Source: an uncultured Acidobacteriota bacterium (lineage in GTDB: Bacteria > Acidobacteriota > Blastocatellia > RBC074). Taken from it: a stretch of DNA of 64,000 nt. Location of the stretch: the NCBI GenBank assembly GCA_963796275.1, contig CAWCKY010000007.1, positions 960,001 to 1,024,000 on the forward strand, read 5' to 3'. The notes under the pieces are model-generated. The model was given only the letters and a program-made list of their open reading frames with translations. It did no database searches and was not told the DNA's origin. A program made the position numbers and the translations under genes. This document shows positions 50,040-59,425 of this stretch, piece by piece (the stretch's first letter is position 1; every line of letters begins with the position of its first letter).

Positions 50040-51248
50040 TTATTTCCTCCGCCTTTCTTCTCTCGAGCGGCGGATCCGCGATATGAAATAAGCCCATGGA
50101 CCGAAGAGACAACCGCGCAACTCGGCCAGAATCAGATCGGGCGGCAATCCCCCGGGGCGTCCCAGCAGCGAGCGAATGAGGGTCGCAAGCTGTTGGTGGC
50201 GAAACCATGCCCACGGCCCCTTCATCACATCTATTTCACCCTCGCGCATTATGCTGCGCGTCCAGGCTGCATATGCTCCGACTCCGTATCCGTAATATGT
50301 TCTGCGCAGTTCTTCCAAGGTTCGGCGGTGGCGATGCCAGCTCAGGGCGGCAGGTTCGTATACGATACGAAACCCCCGGCCAAGGATGCGCGCAATGTAT
50401 TCGGTGTCTCCTCCCGAACAGGTCAGTGTCCCGGCGTCTAGCGCCTCGTCAAAGTCCCCGATATGCTCCAGCGCGCTTCGCCGCAGCGACATATTGGCTC
50501 CGGCGCCTGCTCGGCCTGCCTCCCACGGGCAAAGATTGCAATTGTCAAAAACCACTCGCTTGAATCCTCGACCGAATGGGCTGTAGCGCTCGAATATTTC
50601 CTGAGCCTCGGTCTCCAACTCGAGCGGCATGGTCAAACCGGTAACGCACATCACCATGGGATCGTCGAAATTCCTGAGATGCGCTCTGAGCCAATACCGA
50701 TCAGGGGAGGCGTCGTCATCGCAGAAGACAACGATTTCACCGTTGGCTTCGCGCAGCGCTCGGTTGCGAGCGATGTTCAGACCCGGGCGCTCCTCGTAGA
50801 TGTAGCGTATCCGCCTGTGTAACTTCACCAGATCGAATGTATCGGTAGTGGAGGGACAGTTATCGATGATGAGTATCTCCTGCTGGTCATCCGGAAGCTC
50901 GCGGATAGCTTGAATGCATCGTCGCAGATCCTCTGTACGATCGCGCGTGCAAATTGCAATGGTTGATGTGCTCGACGGCTTGTCATCCAACGATGGCAGT
51001 TCATCCCATCCCAAATAATCTTTTATCCAGTTATCCCACAGATGCTGTTCGGAGACGGTTCTGAGGACCGCGCTATGGAGCATCACGGGGTCCAGGTGGC
51101 CGTCGATGACCGGCAACGTGAATTTGTCTATCGGTTGCCGGCGCCAGCGAATCAGAATGAGAGCCTTGTCGTAATTGTCGAGCCCGTTGATCTCATAAGG
51201 TAGCTGCTGAAGATCAAAGTCTAAAACCGCAGTGGCCATATGATCCAC
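50040..51248 (-). CDS. Glycosyltransferase family 2
   Basis: IAICTRDR, ARNRAL, FCDDD, GANM, GGDTE. Confidence 0.9.
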   Translation of the reverse strand: MDHMATAVLDFDLQQLPYEINGLDNYDKALILIRWRRQPIDKFTLPVIDGHLDPVMLHSAVLRTVSEQHLWDNWIKDYLGWDELPSLDDKPSSTSTIAICTRDRTEDLRRCIQAIRELPDDQQEILIIDNCPSTTDTFDLVKLHRRIRYIYEERPGLNIARNRALREANGEIVVFCDDDASPDRYWLRAHLRNFDDPMVMCVTGLTMPLELETEAQEIFERYSPFGRGFKRVVFDNCNLCPWEAGRAGAGANMSLRRSALEHIGDFDEALDAGTLTCSGGDTEYIARILGRGFRIVYEPAALSWHRHRRTLEELRRTYYGYGVGAYAAWTRSIMREGEIDVMKGPWAWFRHQQLATLIRSLLGRPGGLPPDLILAELRGCLFGPWAYFISRIRRSREERRRK

Positions 51249-51342
51249 TTCTCTGCCCTTCAGAGGAGATGGAGGTTATGTTTGGAATGGAGTTGGATTC
51301 TCGATCCGGTTGGGGTTATATTCTAGCTGAAAATCCTCCAAT

Positions 51343-52290
51343 ATGAAATTTTCAATGATCGAGAGGCGAGAAAATCCATATAATTCCGCATTGGTATCGA
51401 TTGTAATCCCCTGTTATAAGCAAGGGCATTTTCTAGCCGAATCGATCGAGAGCATCCTCTCGCAGACATACCAGAACTACGAAATCATAGTCATCGACGA
51501 CGGCTCTCCGGACAATACCGCGCAAGTCGCATCACGCTATGCCGAGGTGAGGGTCATACGCCAGGAGAACCAAGGCCTTTCTGCCGCGCGCAATAAAGGA
51601 ATCAGTGAGAGTCATGGGGAGTTTCTGGTCTGTCTGGACGCGGATGATCGTCTGTTGCCGGGAGCGCTTGAATCGGGTTTGGTCTGTATGGCACGGAGCC
51701 CTGAATCGGAATTCGTCTTTGGCCGCTACCGGGGGATCAAAATAGATGGTGCACCGACAGGTGTAATTTCGAAATTGAGCGACGAGAACATCTATTTGGG
51801 GCTTCTGGCCAGAAACTGTATTGGCCCTTTGGCCCCGGTGATGTTCCGTCGACGCGTCTTCGACAAAGTAGGAGGGTTCGATACGAGCATAAATTCTGCA
51901 TCGGACTATGACATATATCTGCGGATATCGAGCAGCTTTCCTACTCACAGATATGATGAAATTGTTGCCGAATACCGCGTATATGATTCGAGTATGTCCG
52001 CGGATATGGGATTGATGCTGCGTTCTGTCATCATTTCATTGCGATTGCAACAAAGATACGTGAAGGGTGAAGTTGAGCGCGAACGAGCATATAAGATGGG
52101 TTTGAAGTTCTGGCGGGAATTATATGGCGAGCCTCTTTATAATCAAACATCGAGAAGACTGCGGGATATCGGGAACTGGAGACGAACAATCCGCGATTTG
52201 TGCTATCTGATTCGTTATTATCCACAATCGATCACACTGCACGGTTCCAGTAGAATCTCAAAACTAATTGCCCACCTGAAGGGAGCTTGA
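51343..52290 (+). CDS. Glycosyltransferase family 2
   Basis: VSIVIPCY, IDDGSPD, ARNKG, LDADD, SDYD. Confidence 0.92.
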   Translation: MKFSMIERRENPYNSALVSIVIPCYKQGHFLAESIESILSQTYQNYEIIVIDDGSPDNTAQVASRYAEVRVIRQENQGLSAARNKGISESHGEFLVCLDADDRLLPGALESGLVCMARSPESEFVFGRYRGIKIDGAPTGVISKLSDENIYLGLLARNCIGPLAPVMFRRRVFDKVGGFDTSINSASDYDIYLRISSSFPTHRYDEIVAEYRVYDSSMSADMGLMLRSVIISLRLQQRYVKGEVERERAYKMGLKFWRELYGEPLYNQTSRRLRDIGNWRRTIRDLCYLIRYYPQSITLHGSSRISKLIAHLKGA

Positions 52291-52326
52291 CAGATTTACG
52301 GCTGGTTCATATAGTGGGACAACTTT

Positions 52327-52368
52327 TGGGAGGTCGTCTAAGGTAAGACTGCGGACTCTGGATCCGCC
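52327..52368 (+). pseudogene. 5' half of a tRNA-Gln(CTG) (att-site-like remnant)
   Basis: TGGGAGG, D-arm GTC/GAC, anticodon arm GCGGA-CTCTGGA-TCCGC, then no T-arm or acceptor 3' strand. Confidence 0.7.
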
Positions 52369-52539
52369 TGATAAGGCCGCAGGCATGGCTGCAAGTTGAA
52401 TTTGAAGGACTTACAGGTGTAGTGGTGATAACGACAACTCAAATAGAGTGCATTCTGTGTGTAAGTGATGTAGGAGTGATGTAGGATGTGTGCAAATGAT
52501 GTAGAATGCCGCAGTAATTTTGAGTGGGATTTTTGATAT

Positions 52540-52612
52540 TCCGGGATGGTGTAATTGGCAACACGCTCGGCTCTGAACCGAGAGAGTCTAGGTTCGACCC
52601 CTAGTCCCGGAG
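52540..52612 (+). tRNA. tRNA-Gln (anticodon CTG)
   Basis: Acceptor TCCGGGA/TCCCGGA, anticodon arm CTCGG-CTCTGAA-CCGAG, T-arm CTAGG-TTCGACC-CCTAG; CCA not encoded. Confidence 0.92.
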
Positions 52613-52617
52613 CTGAT

Positions 52618-52667
52618 AAAAAGAGGCGCTTTGGTAAATTAACTACCTGAGCGCCTCTTTTGTTTTA
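52618..52667 (+). terminator. Intrinsic terminator after the tRNA (possibly bidirectional)
   Basis: aaaagaggcgct ... agcgcctctttt followed by T-rich sequence. Confidence 0.75.
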
Positions 52668-52684
52668 GTGACTGCCATCGTGTT

Positions 52685-52963
52685 CTACTCTGTGATGCTG
52701 TCGGCACTGGAAAGTGCTTTTCCAGAACTCCTCTTTAGCCCCCAACTCTTCTTCAGCCTGCTGACCTTTGCAAGCATATCTGTAGCAGAAATAACAAATG
52801 GATCGAGATATTGAATCCGTTTCTTTTCACGCTCCCGCTCTCTTTCGGCGAGTTGTTCGTACTCCAAACGTTTGATTTGAGAACGCGTTGTGATCAATGC
52901 GGTTACAAGAGCCACCGATGCAGCTATTCCGGCAGATATAACAACTCCAACCGATTGTTCCAT
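52685..52963 (-). CDS. Small TM + coiled-coil protein, cassette-like, probably truncated
   Basis: 92 aa with an N-terminal TM; starts 30 nt after the GTTATGC box of an attC-like site. Confidence 0.5.
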   Translation of the reverse strand: MEQSVGVVISAGIAASVALVTALITTRSQIKRLEYEQLAEREREREKKRIQYLDPFVISATDMLAKVSRLKKSWGLKRSSGKALSSADSITE

Positions 52964-52993
52964 TGGACGGTATCCTATAGTGGATGTTTTGCA

Positions 52994-53054
52994 GCATAAC
53001 GGTTCGCGTCAGCGGCGCCCGCAAGCGGGCTTCTGCTGCACGCGAATGTTTGGC
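52994..53054 (-). mobile_element. attC-like integron cassette recombination site
   Basis: Minus strand GCCAAAC attcgcgtgcagcag gcccgcttgcgggc gccgctgacgcgaacc GTTATGC: imperfect 61-bp palindrome with R''/R'-like boxes. Confidence 0.65.
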
Positions 53055-53259
53055 AAAGACTACTCAACTGTCTGGAACCAGTTACAATTAGGGGATGTTT
53101 GCCAACGTGTCCAGATTGCGTTGTCGGTGCCCCGAGCGAAGACGTTAATCGGATAGCGCCGAGCCAGCCGATTGACCCACGTCTCAACATTGCTGGCTGA
53201 TGTCCCAACTCCTGCCGGACCACCCCCACGAGAAATTGAAGTCTGCGACCACCATCTGA

Positions 53260-53733
53260 TTACAACAAACGAATCACCGTGAAGCCTTCGGCTTCCGCGG
53301 CATCCGAGAGATTTCCATCAGCGCCAATGAAATGGCGTCCGCGCGGTCGGTCAGAACACCAAATCAATGCCGCAGCCAATTGAAGCGCATCCGCGGCCCG
53401 TAGTTTATGTCTCCCCAACAGTCGCTCCGCCTTCTCTCGCACTTCTTCCGACGGTTGGACTTCATTCCAGCGACGGCGCAGGTGATCCAGCCGAGCGCAG
53501 GCCTGTTTGCCGTCTCGGCCTGTGATATAACCTTCACGAATCAGCCGATTGAAAGAACTGATCGCTTCGATCGGGGCTGCCCACCAAACTACTTGCCGAG
53601 CATAAAGGCGAGCAGCTTGTCTAGCCTGCGTAGTTTGCGACTGAAAACAACACAAAGGTGTAATCCCGCTCGTATCCCAGAAAGCCGTTAGAATGGCCAC
53701 AGAAGCAGATTGTCGTTTCTTTTTAGTCTTCAT
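53260..53733 (-). CDS. vapC: PIN-domain (VapC-like) toxin
   Basis: FWDTS, IEAISS, LRAADALQLAAA, FIGADGNL..AAEAEGF. Confidence 0.88.
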   Translation of the reverse strand: MKTKKKRQSASVAILTAFWDTSGITPLCCFQSQTTQARQAARLYARQVVWWAAPIEAISSFNRLIREGYITGRDGKQACARLDHLRRRWNEVQPSEEVREKAERLLGRHKLRAADALQLAAALIWCSDRPRGRHFIGADGNLSDAAEAEGFTVIRLL

Positions 53734-54010
53734 CGCGCTCTTGTTCTATGGTCCGGTGTAGAGCTTCAGATGAGATGCGCGGTGCAGGCAAGTCCCAGAA
53801 TGATTCATCGAGTTCCCCTTCACCAAGGCGCAACTTTCCTTGTGCTGCCAATGCGAGCAGCTCTGCGTCTTGATCATGAACGAGTTGCAGAGGCACGATG
53901 CGAGCAATAGGCAGATTGCGATCACGGACCAAGATTTCCTCTCCGGCCCTGACCTCATTGAGATACCAACTCAGGCGATTTTTGAGTTCAGCAATGTTTA
54001 CGCTCTTCAT
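53723..54010 (-). CDS. Phd/YefM-family antitoxin
   Basis: MKSVNIAELKNRLSWYLNEVRAGEEILVRDRNLPIARIVP; overlaps the toxin start. Confidence 0.88.
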   Translation of the reverse strand: MKSVNIAELKNRLSWYLNEVRAGEEILVRDRNLPIARIVPLQLVHDQDAELLALAAQGKLRLGEGELDESFWDLPAPRISSEALHRTIEQERDED

Positions 54011-54504
54011 CAGAAACCTCAAAAGGATACCCCATCCATAGCAGCCATCCTGGGCGGCTTGGATGGGGAGGAATTTTGAGATCGTGCGCTAGCACAATTA
54101 ATTCCATAGCCATCAGCCTTATGAATCACCCGGCAGTATCGATGGCTGATCCCCTGGATCAGGCCCGCAGCGCCAGAGGTTTTTTGTTTTTATCGATGAC
54201 TGCTACTTGCATTGTGAGAATGGCCCTTTCGAGCCGCTGGCATTGCTGCCGTTAAGTTAGCCTCGACAATGATGTCTGAGCTTCTTAGTTCAACGCACTG
54301 GCGATTACCCGTAACCGCTGTTTAACGCTAAACGACAGTGGCCACGAACTGGCTATCGCATCCGTGGGTGTCTCGGTTTAAACCTAACTCAAACATCGTA
54401 GCTGCAAGCCTTTTGCCCCCAGCTTAGTCTGGTCAACCGGGCTCATCGGTTACCCGACAAGCCCCCACTATAGTTGCAAAGCAACTTAGTGGCGGGTGAG
54501 TGAC
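54011..54504 (-). mobile_element. Internally deleted IscB (IS200/IS605-family OMEGA) element
   Basis: Left end GTCA..CCC..GGGGCTTG..CCGGTTGACCAGACT; IscB start MQVAVIDKNKKPLA fused to C-terminal GISHRYCRVIHKADGY; right-end hairpin ccccatcc..ggatgggg. Confidence 0.8.
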
Positions 54505-54525
54505 AACCTCTTTATCCAAGCATCC
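54213..54525 (-). ncRNA. omega-RNA (HEARO-like) scaffold with 5' flank-derived guide
   Basis: GTTGACCAGACT, CTACG, GGATGC..CCAGT, GTTAAACAG, ATTGTCGAGG motifs typical of IscB-upstream RNAs; boundaries approximate. Confidence 0.7.
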
Positions 54526-54536
54526 ATAATCTTTGC

Positions 54537-54591
54537 GGCTATCATAGTCATACATACATAGCTATTATAGCCATATCTTCTTAAGATTCAA
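54537..54591 (-). promoter_or_regulatory. sigma70 promoter and palindromic operator of the vapBC operon
   Basis: TTGAAT-16 nt-TATAAT (54591-54564) overlapped by two near-palindromes ggctataatagc and gactatgatagcc. Confidence 0.65.
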
Positions 54592-54699
54592 GTGTTGATT
54601 GACCGGCGTGATCTCGTAGCAAGAGACTTTCGGAGATATCCAGTTCATAGATAAAAGACTAGGGTTCTGCGCGCCATCTCAGCCAAACGCTGCCAGAGG

Positions 54700-54809
54700 T
54701 AATTATCGCCGTCACGAATTGACGTGCTGCCTTTTTGGGTGTACTCATCGAAGCTCGACATAATCAGGCATCTTTTGACTTCACGATAGGGGTGAGGCTT
54801 AAGCGGCAC
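54700..54809 (-). pseudogene. hicA: HicA toxin remnant
   Basis: VPLKPHPYREVKRCL...QKGS(H)VKF, frameshifted and truncated; overlaps the hicB stop. Confidence 0.6.
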
Positions 54810-55009
54810 GCACTTCAATCTCTAGTTTGTGAATCGTCGGTGTGACGGTAGCGACAGGTGGTTCGAAATGCAATATTCAAGTGCTTCACGTAAATTGTTT
54901 AATGCCTCTTCTTCACTATGTCCCTGACTGGCTATATCTACTTCGAGACATTGGCAACAAACCAATCACCTTCCAGTGAGACACTAGCTGTAAATTCTAA
55001 TCGGTTCAT
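54799..55009 (-). pseudogene. hicB: HicB antitoxin remnant
   Basis: MNRLEFTASVSLEGDWFVA/CLEVDIASQGHSEEEALNNLREALE/HFEPP with two frameshifts; GGAGG RBS. Confidence 0.7.
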
Positions 55010-55413
55010 AATCCTCCAACTGACCGAACTCTACAAAAGAAAGTATACAGTTTAGAGTATACTCGTCAAAATATGCTAAGGTCAGGCCAGAGTATTTATG
55101 GGTTCAATAATCTTCAGGCCGGGCGTACCAATTATTTCCTTCGGTAAGCGAGATAATAGGTTGTAAGTCCGGTTTGGCGCTTACTCGGGAACAAAGTTTC
55201 ATTAGCTCCAAGATACAGTACACTTAGGAACGCTATAGGGGTTGGCCGTACTTGCATTTTGGTAACATCCTCTATGTTTTGCTGCAAGAATAAGCGGTAT
55301 CCGGCGCTTCCTCAGGTGGCAATCCGGTGCCGTCGCGCGGGCTCATTGGACCTGGCGTTCGGCAGCAGCGGTGGAGAATTTGGATACCGGCAGCGTAGTA
55401 AGAGGGAAACCAC

Positions 55414-55794
55414 ATGGGCCGTATCTTATGTTCCAAGCATGGCGAATCAGGCATTGCCTTCGTATGTTCGCACGTAAGAAGAGCCGTGATCTCCAATGAG
55501 GCAATCTCGGAAATTCAATATTGGCACTTCGAATTTACGGGTGGGATTGGAATTGAACTATATTTCTGCCCGAATTGCACTAATGAACTCCAAATGCATG
55601 ACCTACCGCGCTCGGGAGAAAAGTCATCAAGTGAACAAGAGGACGATCGCGTTGAGGCGATCATCGCAAAGGTCTGGGATGGTTCCGATGTGGTATGCTC
55701 CAGCTGCCTCTATGACGCAGCTGGAGTTCCGATTCAGACGGCAAGCATATCCGACGTGGAGCAAGGTAACGAACTCTACGGTGCTCGGAAGTAA
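55414..55794 (+). CDS. Cys/His-rich hypothetical protein whose 3' end runs into the group II intron
   Basis: CSKH, CSH, CPNC, CSSC motifs; GAGGG RBS. Confidence 0.6.
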   Translation: MGRILCSKHGESGIAFVCSHVRRAVISNEAISEIQYWHFEFTGGIGIELYFCPNCTNELQMHDLPRSGEKSSSEQEDDRVEAIIAKVWDGSDVVCSSCLYDAAGVPIQTASISDVEQGNELYGARK

Positions 55795-56556
55795 ACGCCA
55801 CAGCTGCCATAACGACATAGAGCGTTATCGGTGGGAGCGACCTGGGTGGCAAGCAAACCTGGAGGCCTGAACATCAAGAAATGTCTGCCGCTCCGAAATA
55901 GAGTTCCCGTGCTGAAGTCGCCGCATGGATAGTGGTTGGGAAAGCCGACATAGCCTAACGTAGGGAAGGCCGATGACTGGCGGGAAGAAACGGGTAAGTG
56001 CACCGCCAGACCCGCCGGGGTAGAAGACCAAGCATCCGGGGAAGGATTCGCAGAGATAAGGTCGGGAAGGTCCTGGTGACCAGCCGCGGGTGGTCCAAGC
56101 GGCAAAGACTTGATCAATAGCCGAAAAGCGAAGTGATCGAGAGGCAACAGGACTGGCACATGAGGCCGTAGTAGCGATGAAGGGAAGGCAACGCTTCCTG
56201 AGCGAAGGGCCTCTGGGTACGTAGCTACTACTTTAACGAACCAGAGACTGGACACAGAGCCAGACAATCTCAGGGAGACGGAAGTTAGAAAGGCTGTGAG
56301 CAAACCTCACAGGGAAGAGGGAATGTTGACCACAACTAAAGCTCAACTCGATGGGGGAAGGCTCACAGGTGAAGGGGGAATAGGGTACCTCGGCTGCGAC
56401 TTGAAACTGGACTCGGGAAAACCGACCGTCCGGGATTATAGGGGGGCTCTGGGAAACATAGACTATGGAGGAATTAGGTTCCCGTTCCACAGATCGAAAG
56501 AGTGGAGATCGGTCACTCCCCTCCTAAGGTGCTATGCGCCCAGTTTCTATCCCAAT
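55781..56556 (+). mobile_element. ORF-less group II intron
   Basis: 5' GTGCTC; DIII gaggccgtagtagcgatgaag..gagcgaagggcctc; DV-like ggactcgggaaaaccgaccgtccggg then aggggggc; 3' end CTATCCCAAT; EBS1-like loop cgtagg (55959-55964) pairs with 5' exon tctacg; no RT ORF. Confidence 0.8.
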
Positions 56557-57034
56557 CGTCATACCGTATTTCCACTGTTGCGCCCGCCTCACGCAACGCT
56601 TTTTCTAACGCAGCAAATTGCATTGGCCAACCTTGAGCTATTTGAAACACGTTTTGATTTAACAAATCTTGAACGGCACTTGGGGCCGCATTAGTTGAAG
56701 CCCGTATAACCGCAAACACTTTTGCTCTATTGGGGCCCACATTTGTAACCCAGAGCGTTGGATCTGTGACGAGACCATACTCACGGTGCGACAGAACTAC
56801 ATTCAGTTTCGTACGAAGAGCCCCTACAGCCTGATCGAGTGTCATGCCTTTACATAATTTGGCTTCCTTAGCGTGCTGAGCGCAGAACCACCCAGCCCCC
56901 CGAGGATGACCACCTACCATATTCTCCGGCAGTGGCTCGTAGTCCGAAAATAAAATGAGTTCCCCACCCTTGTTGGTATGGAAGTGCTCCGACCTGAAGT
57001 CTTTCCCGCAAAGTTCGCAAATTGGTGGTTTCAT
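56513..57034 (-). CDS. Zinc-finger + ribosomal L7/L12 C-terminal-domain-like protein
   Basis: CELC...FCAQH, then VTNVGPNRAKVFAVIR..LREAGATVEIR; the last 13 codons derive from the intron; GTTAGGC box at 57046-57052 upstream. Confidence 0.7.
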   Translation of the reverse strand: MKPPICELCGKDFRSEHFHTNKGGELILFSDYEPLPENMVGGHPRGAGWFCAQHAKEAKLCKGMTLDQAVGALRTKLNVVLSHREYGLVTDPTLWVTNVGPNRAKVFAVIRASTNAAPSAVQDLLNQNVFQIAQGWPMQFAALEKALREAGATVEIRYDDWDRNWAHSTLGGE

Positions 57035-57111
57035 ATTTTCTTAGCGCCTAACTCACAATACTGTTAACACCTTTTGACTTGGCATTGCAATAAAACGGGC
57101 CGTTTAGCAGG

Positions 57112-57400
57112 ATGGGGTTGTGGCAACAACTCCGTTTTCTAACCGCACGACCCGTGACGATTGTCACGGCAACCTTAAATCAGCTGTCGGCGATCTCCAA
57201 GCCGCAACGCAAATTCGTCGCCGCGCTGTTGGCCACGATTCTGGCCCTGAGTGAGCGCTTCAATTATCGTAATCTGGCGCGTTACGGTAGCTATTCAGAG
57301 CGCACTCTGGTATGCCAACTACAAATACATTGACGTTGTTCTCAGGGGCGGCTTCCACGTGGTTTCCAAATTGAGATCAGACGCCAATTCATTATCTATC
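57112..57400 (+). pseudogene. Internally deleted DDE transposase remnant (IS4/IS701-like)
   Basis: ISKPQRKF..RFNYRNLARYGSYSERT and HVVSKLRSDAN fragments. Confidence 0.6.
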
Positions 57401-57538
57401 TTCAGCAAGTCGTCAAGCGTTTCCTGGCGGTTGAGCTGGTCACGCGCTAGAATCGGCCTTCACATTTGCCCACTGTTGTTGCGTTTTCTTGAAGGGGCGA
57501 ATCCTCTGGCACCTCCTCAAACCGGGCATCTCACGCGA

Positions 57539-58738
57539 CTATTCTTTGAAAGTCGGGGACAACCGGAGCCGCAACAACAACACGGCGGCTACCAGCATGA
57601 CCACAAGAAAAAGAGAGAATGCCAGTCGATAGGAATGAGTTCGACCAAGCCACAACAGCACTGGGGCGAGCACGCTACCTAATCGCGTAGTGAAGAATAG
57701 ATAGCCATAAATCTCTCCGAAAGAGCGTATACCAAAAAAGAGGCATATGAGATATGGCACCGCGCTCATAATGGCGCCGTAACTGAAACCGATCAGCGCG
57801 GCAGCAAGGCAGGCGCTCACGCTGGTCACACCAACGAGAAGTAGGGCAACCCCCAGTGTTACCGCAGCGAATGTGAGGCCCACCACGCGAATCGCTGGAA
57901 ATAGGTCTAGCAACCACCCCGTAACTAAACACCCGATCAGGCCCGCTGGCACCAGCAAGGAGAGAGCAAATTCAGCGGTCTGAGCCGAGATACCATGATC
58001 CGTCATTAAGTATTCCAGGTAGAACATGCAGGACCGTATTATGGCTGAAACCAGGATAAAGGCGAACATCATAAGCCAAAAGGTCCCACTAAGAAGGGCT
58101 TCGCGGCGGCCGATTCCTGAGGTTCGGTCCTTTATCGATGAGGCTTCCTGCGGAGGGGGCTCTTTGAGAAAGTACAGCAAGACCGGTATTGCAACCAGCA
58201 GCACAGCGCCGCCGAGCAGCGCATATGAGATTCGCCAGTCGAATCTGTCGATCAGGCCGTGCACTACTATCGGCCAGACAATTCCTCCGATTCCCGTAGC
58301 GCATAATATGACACCAAGTGCTAGCCCGCGCCGTGTAGTAAACCAGCGGGATATCAGGCTGGCATGCGGCACAGCTGAAGTTCCCGCGCCGAGCAACCCG
58401 AGAATGACGAGGAGAAGATAAAGAACCCAGAGATGGTGTGTGAACAATGAAAGCGCCGCGAAGAGCGTGCCGTAAAGCGACATAGAGATAATGATCAGCC
58501 GCTGCGCTCCGAAGTGATCGGTTAACCGGCCAACCACCAGCATGCCGCAGATCGTCCCCAGGCTGCCCATCGAGAATGCCAGTGTGACTTGTATATTTGT
58601 CCAACTGAATTGCTCACTCAGCGGCACGATAAACATGCGGTTGGTAACTACCAGCAACGATCCATAACTGAAAAACAGTCCAATAACCGAGGCCGCCACT
58701 ACAGGCCAGGCCTTTCTATTTAGATGGGTACTTTCCAT
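57539..58738 (-). CDS. MFS transporter
   Basis: About 12 TM; GRLTDHFGAQR motif A; WFTTRRGLALG. Confidence 0.9.
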   Translation of the reverse strand: MESTHLNRKAWPVVAASVIGLFFSYGSLLVVTNRMFIVPLSEQFSWTNIQVTLAFSMGSLGTICGMLVVGRLTDHFGAQRLIIISMSLYGTLFAALSLFTHHLWVLYLLLVILGLLGAGTSAVPHASLISRWFTTRRGLALGVILCATGIGGIVWPIVVHGLIDRFDWRISYALLGGAVLLVAIPVLLYFLKEPPPQEASSIKDRTSGIGRREALLSGTFWLMMFAFILVSAIIRSCMFYLEYLMTDHGISAQTAEFALSLLVPAGLIGCLVTGWLLDLFPAIRVVGLTFAAVTLGVALLLVGVTSVSACLAAALIGFSYGAIMSAVPYLICLFFGIRSFGEIYGYLFFTTRLGSVLAPVLLWLGRTHSYRLAFSLFLVVMLVAAVLLLRLRLSPTFKE

Positions 58739-58892
58739 TTCGGATTATTGCATCCTTCGAATCTAAATCGTACTGCGATCTGGAATGCATGCGGAGCATC
58801 GTGTCCCTGCTGTGAAGAAGCTTGTCTCGGCACTTCGGTATCTTGATTGCTCTCTGGTTGGGAGCCTCACCTACGCCCCTTTCGGAGGCTGT

Positions 58893-58944
58893 GTGAGCCT
58901 TCGGTGCGCTGGTACCTTGTCGTACCAACGCACCGAAAGCTCAC
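58893..58944. repeat. Long imperfect hairpin
   Basis: gtgagccttcggtgcgctggtac ... gtaccaacgcaccgaaagctcac. Confidence 0.6.
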
Positions 58945-59425
58945 GATTGATCTGCGGCACCTATAACCATGGCAACACTACCTACAGTACCGGAGCTTGT
59001 TCCGCTATCACTCTCCCGCATGCAGCGAAAGCCGTAGATATCGAATCGTCAACCGCCACCTGTAAGCCGTAACGCATGGACGCTATTCTCGGGTCATTCG
59101 CCACACGATCGAAAGGGTGAGCGCGGGTTGGACGTACCTCAAATTTCGCGCTTCAATCCACCGCGCGGAGGAATATTCGATCACCCACTTTTCTTGCATG
59201 CAGAACATCAACCCTTCAGCCTCCCTAAGAATGAATATGGCGAACTTCGGAACAGGCTCATGTCCGCGTTCGGCGGCCCCCGCTACTATGAAATCCAGTC
59301 AGCTAGCCGTTGCGGGAGAGACGAGCGGTCGAACGCGACGGCTGACCGCAGGATATCGCACTGCACTTCGTATCGCGTAGCGTGTTTTCGATAAGATTTA
59401 CTCGTCGCATATCGCGGCATTCTTT

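Noticed and set aside
55776-56694. ORFs 55776..56303 and 56296..56694 as intron-encoded reverse transcriptase
   Set aside because: No RT motifs (no YADD); they are translations of ribozyme sequence
59100-59400. ORF 59128..59394 as a functional gene
   Set aside because: Looks like a C-terminal fragment without a convincing start; family not assignable
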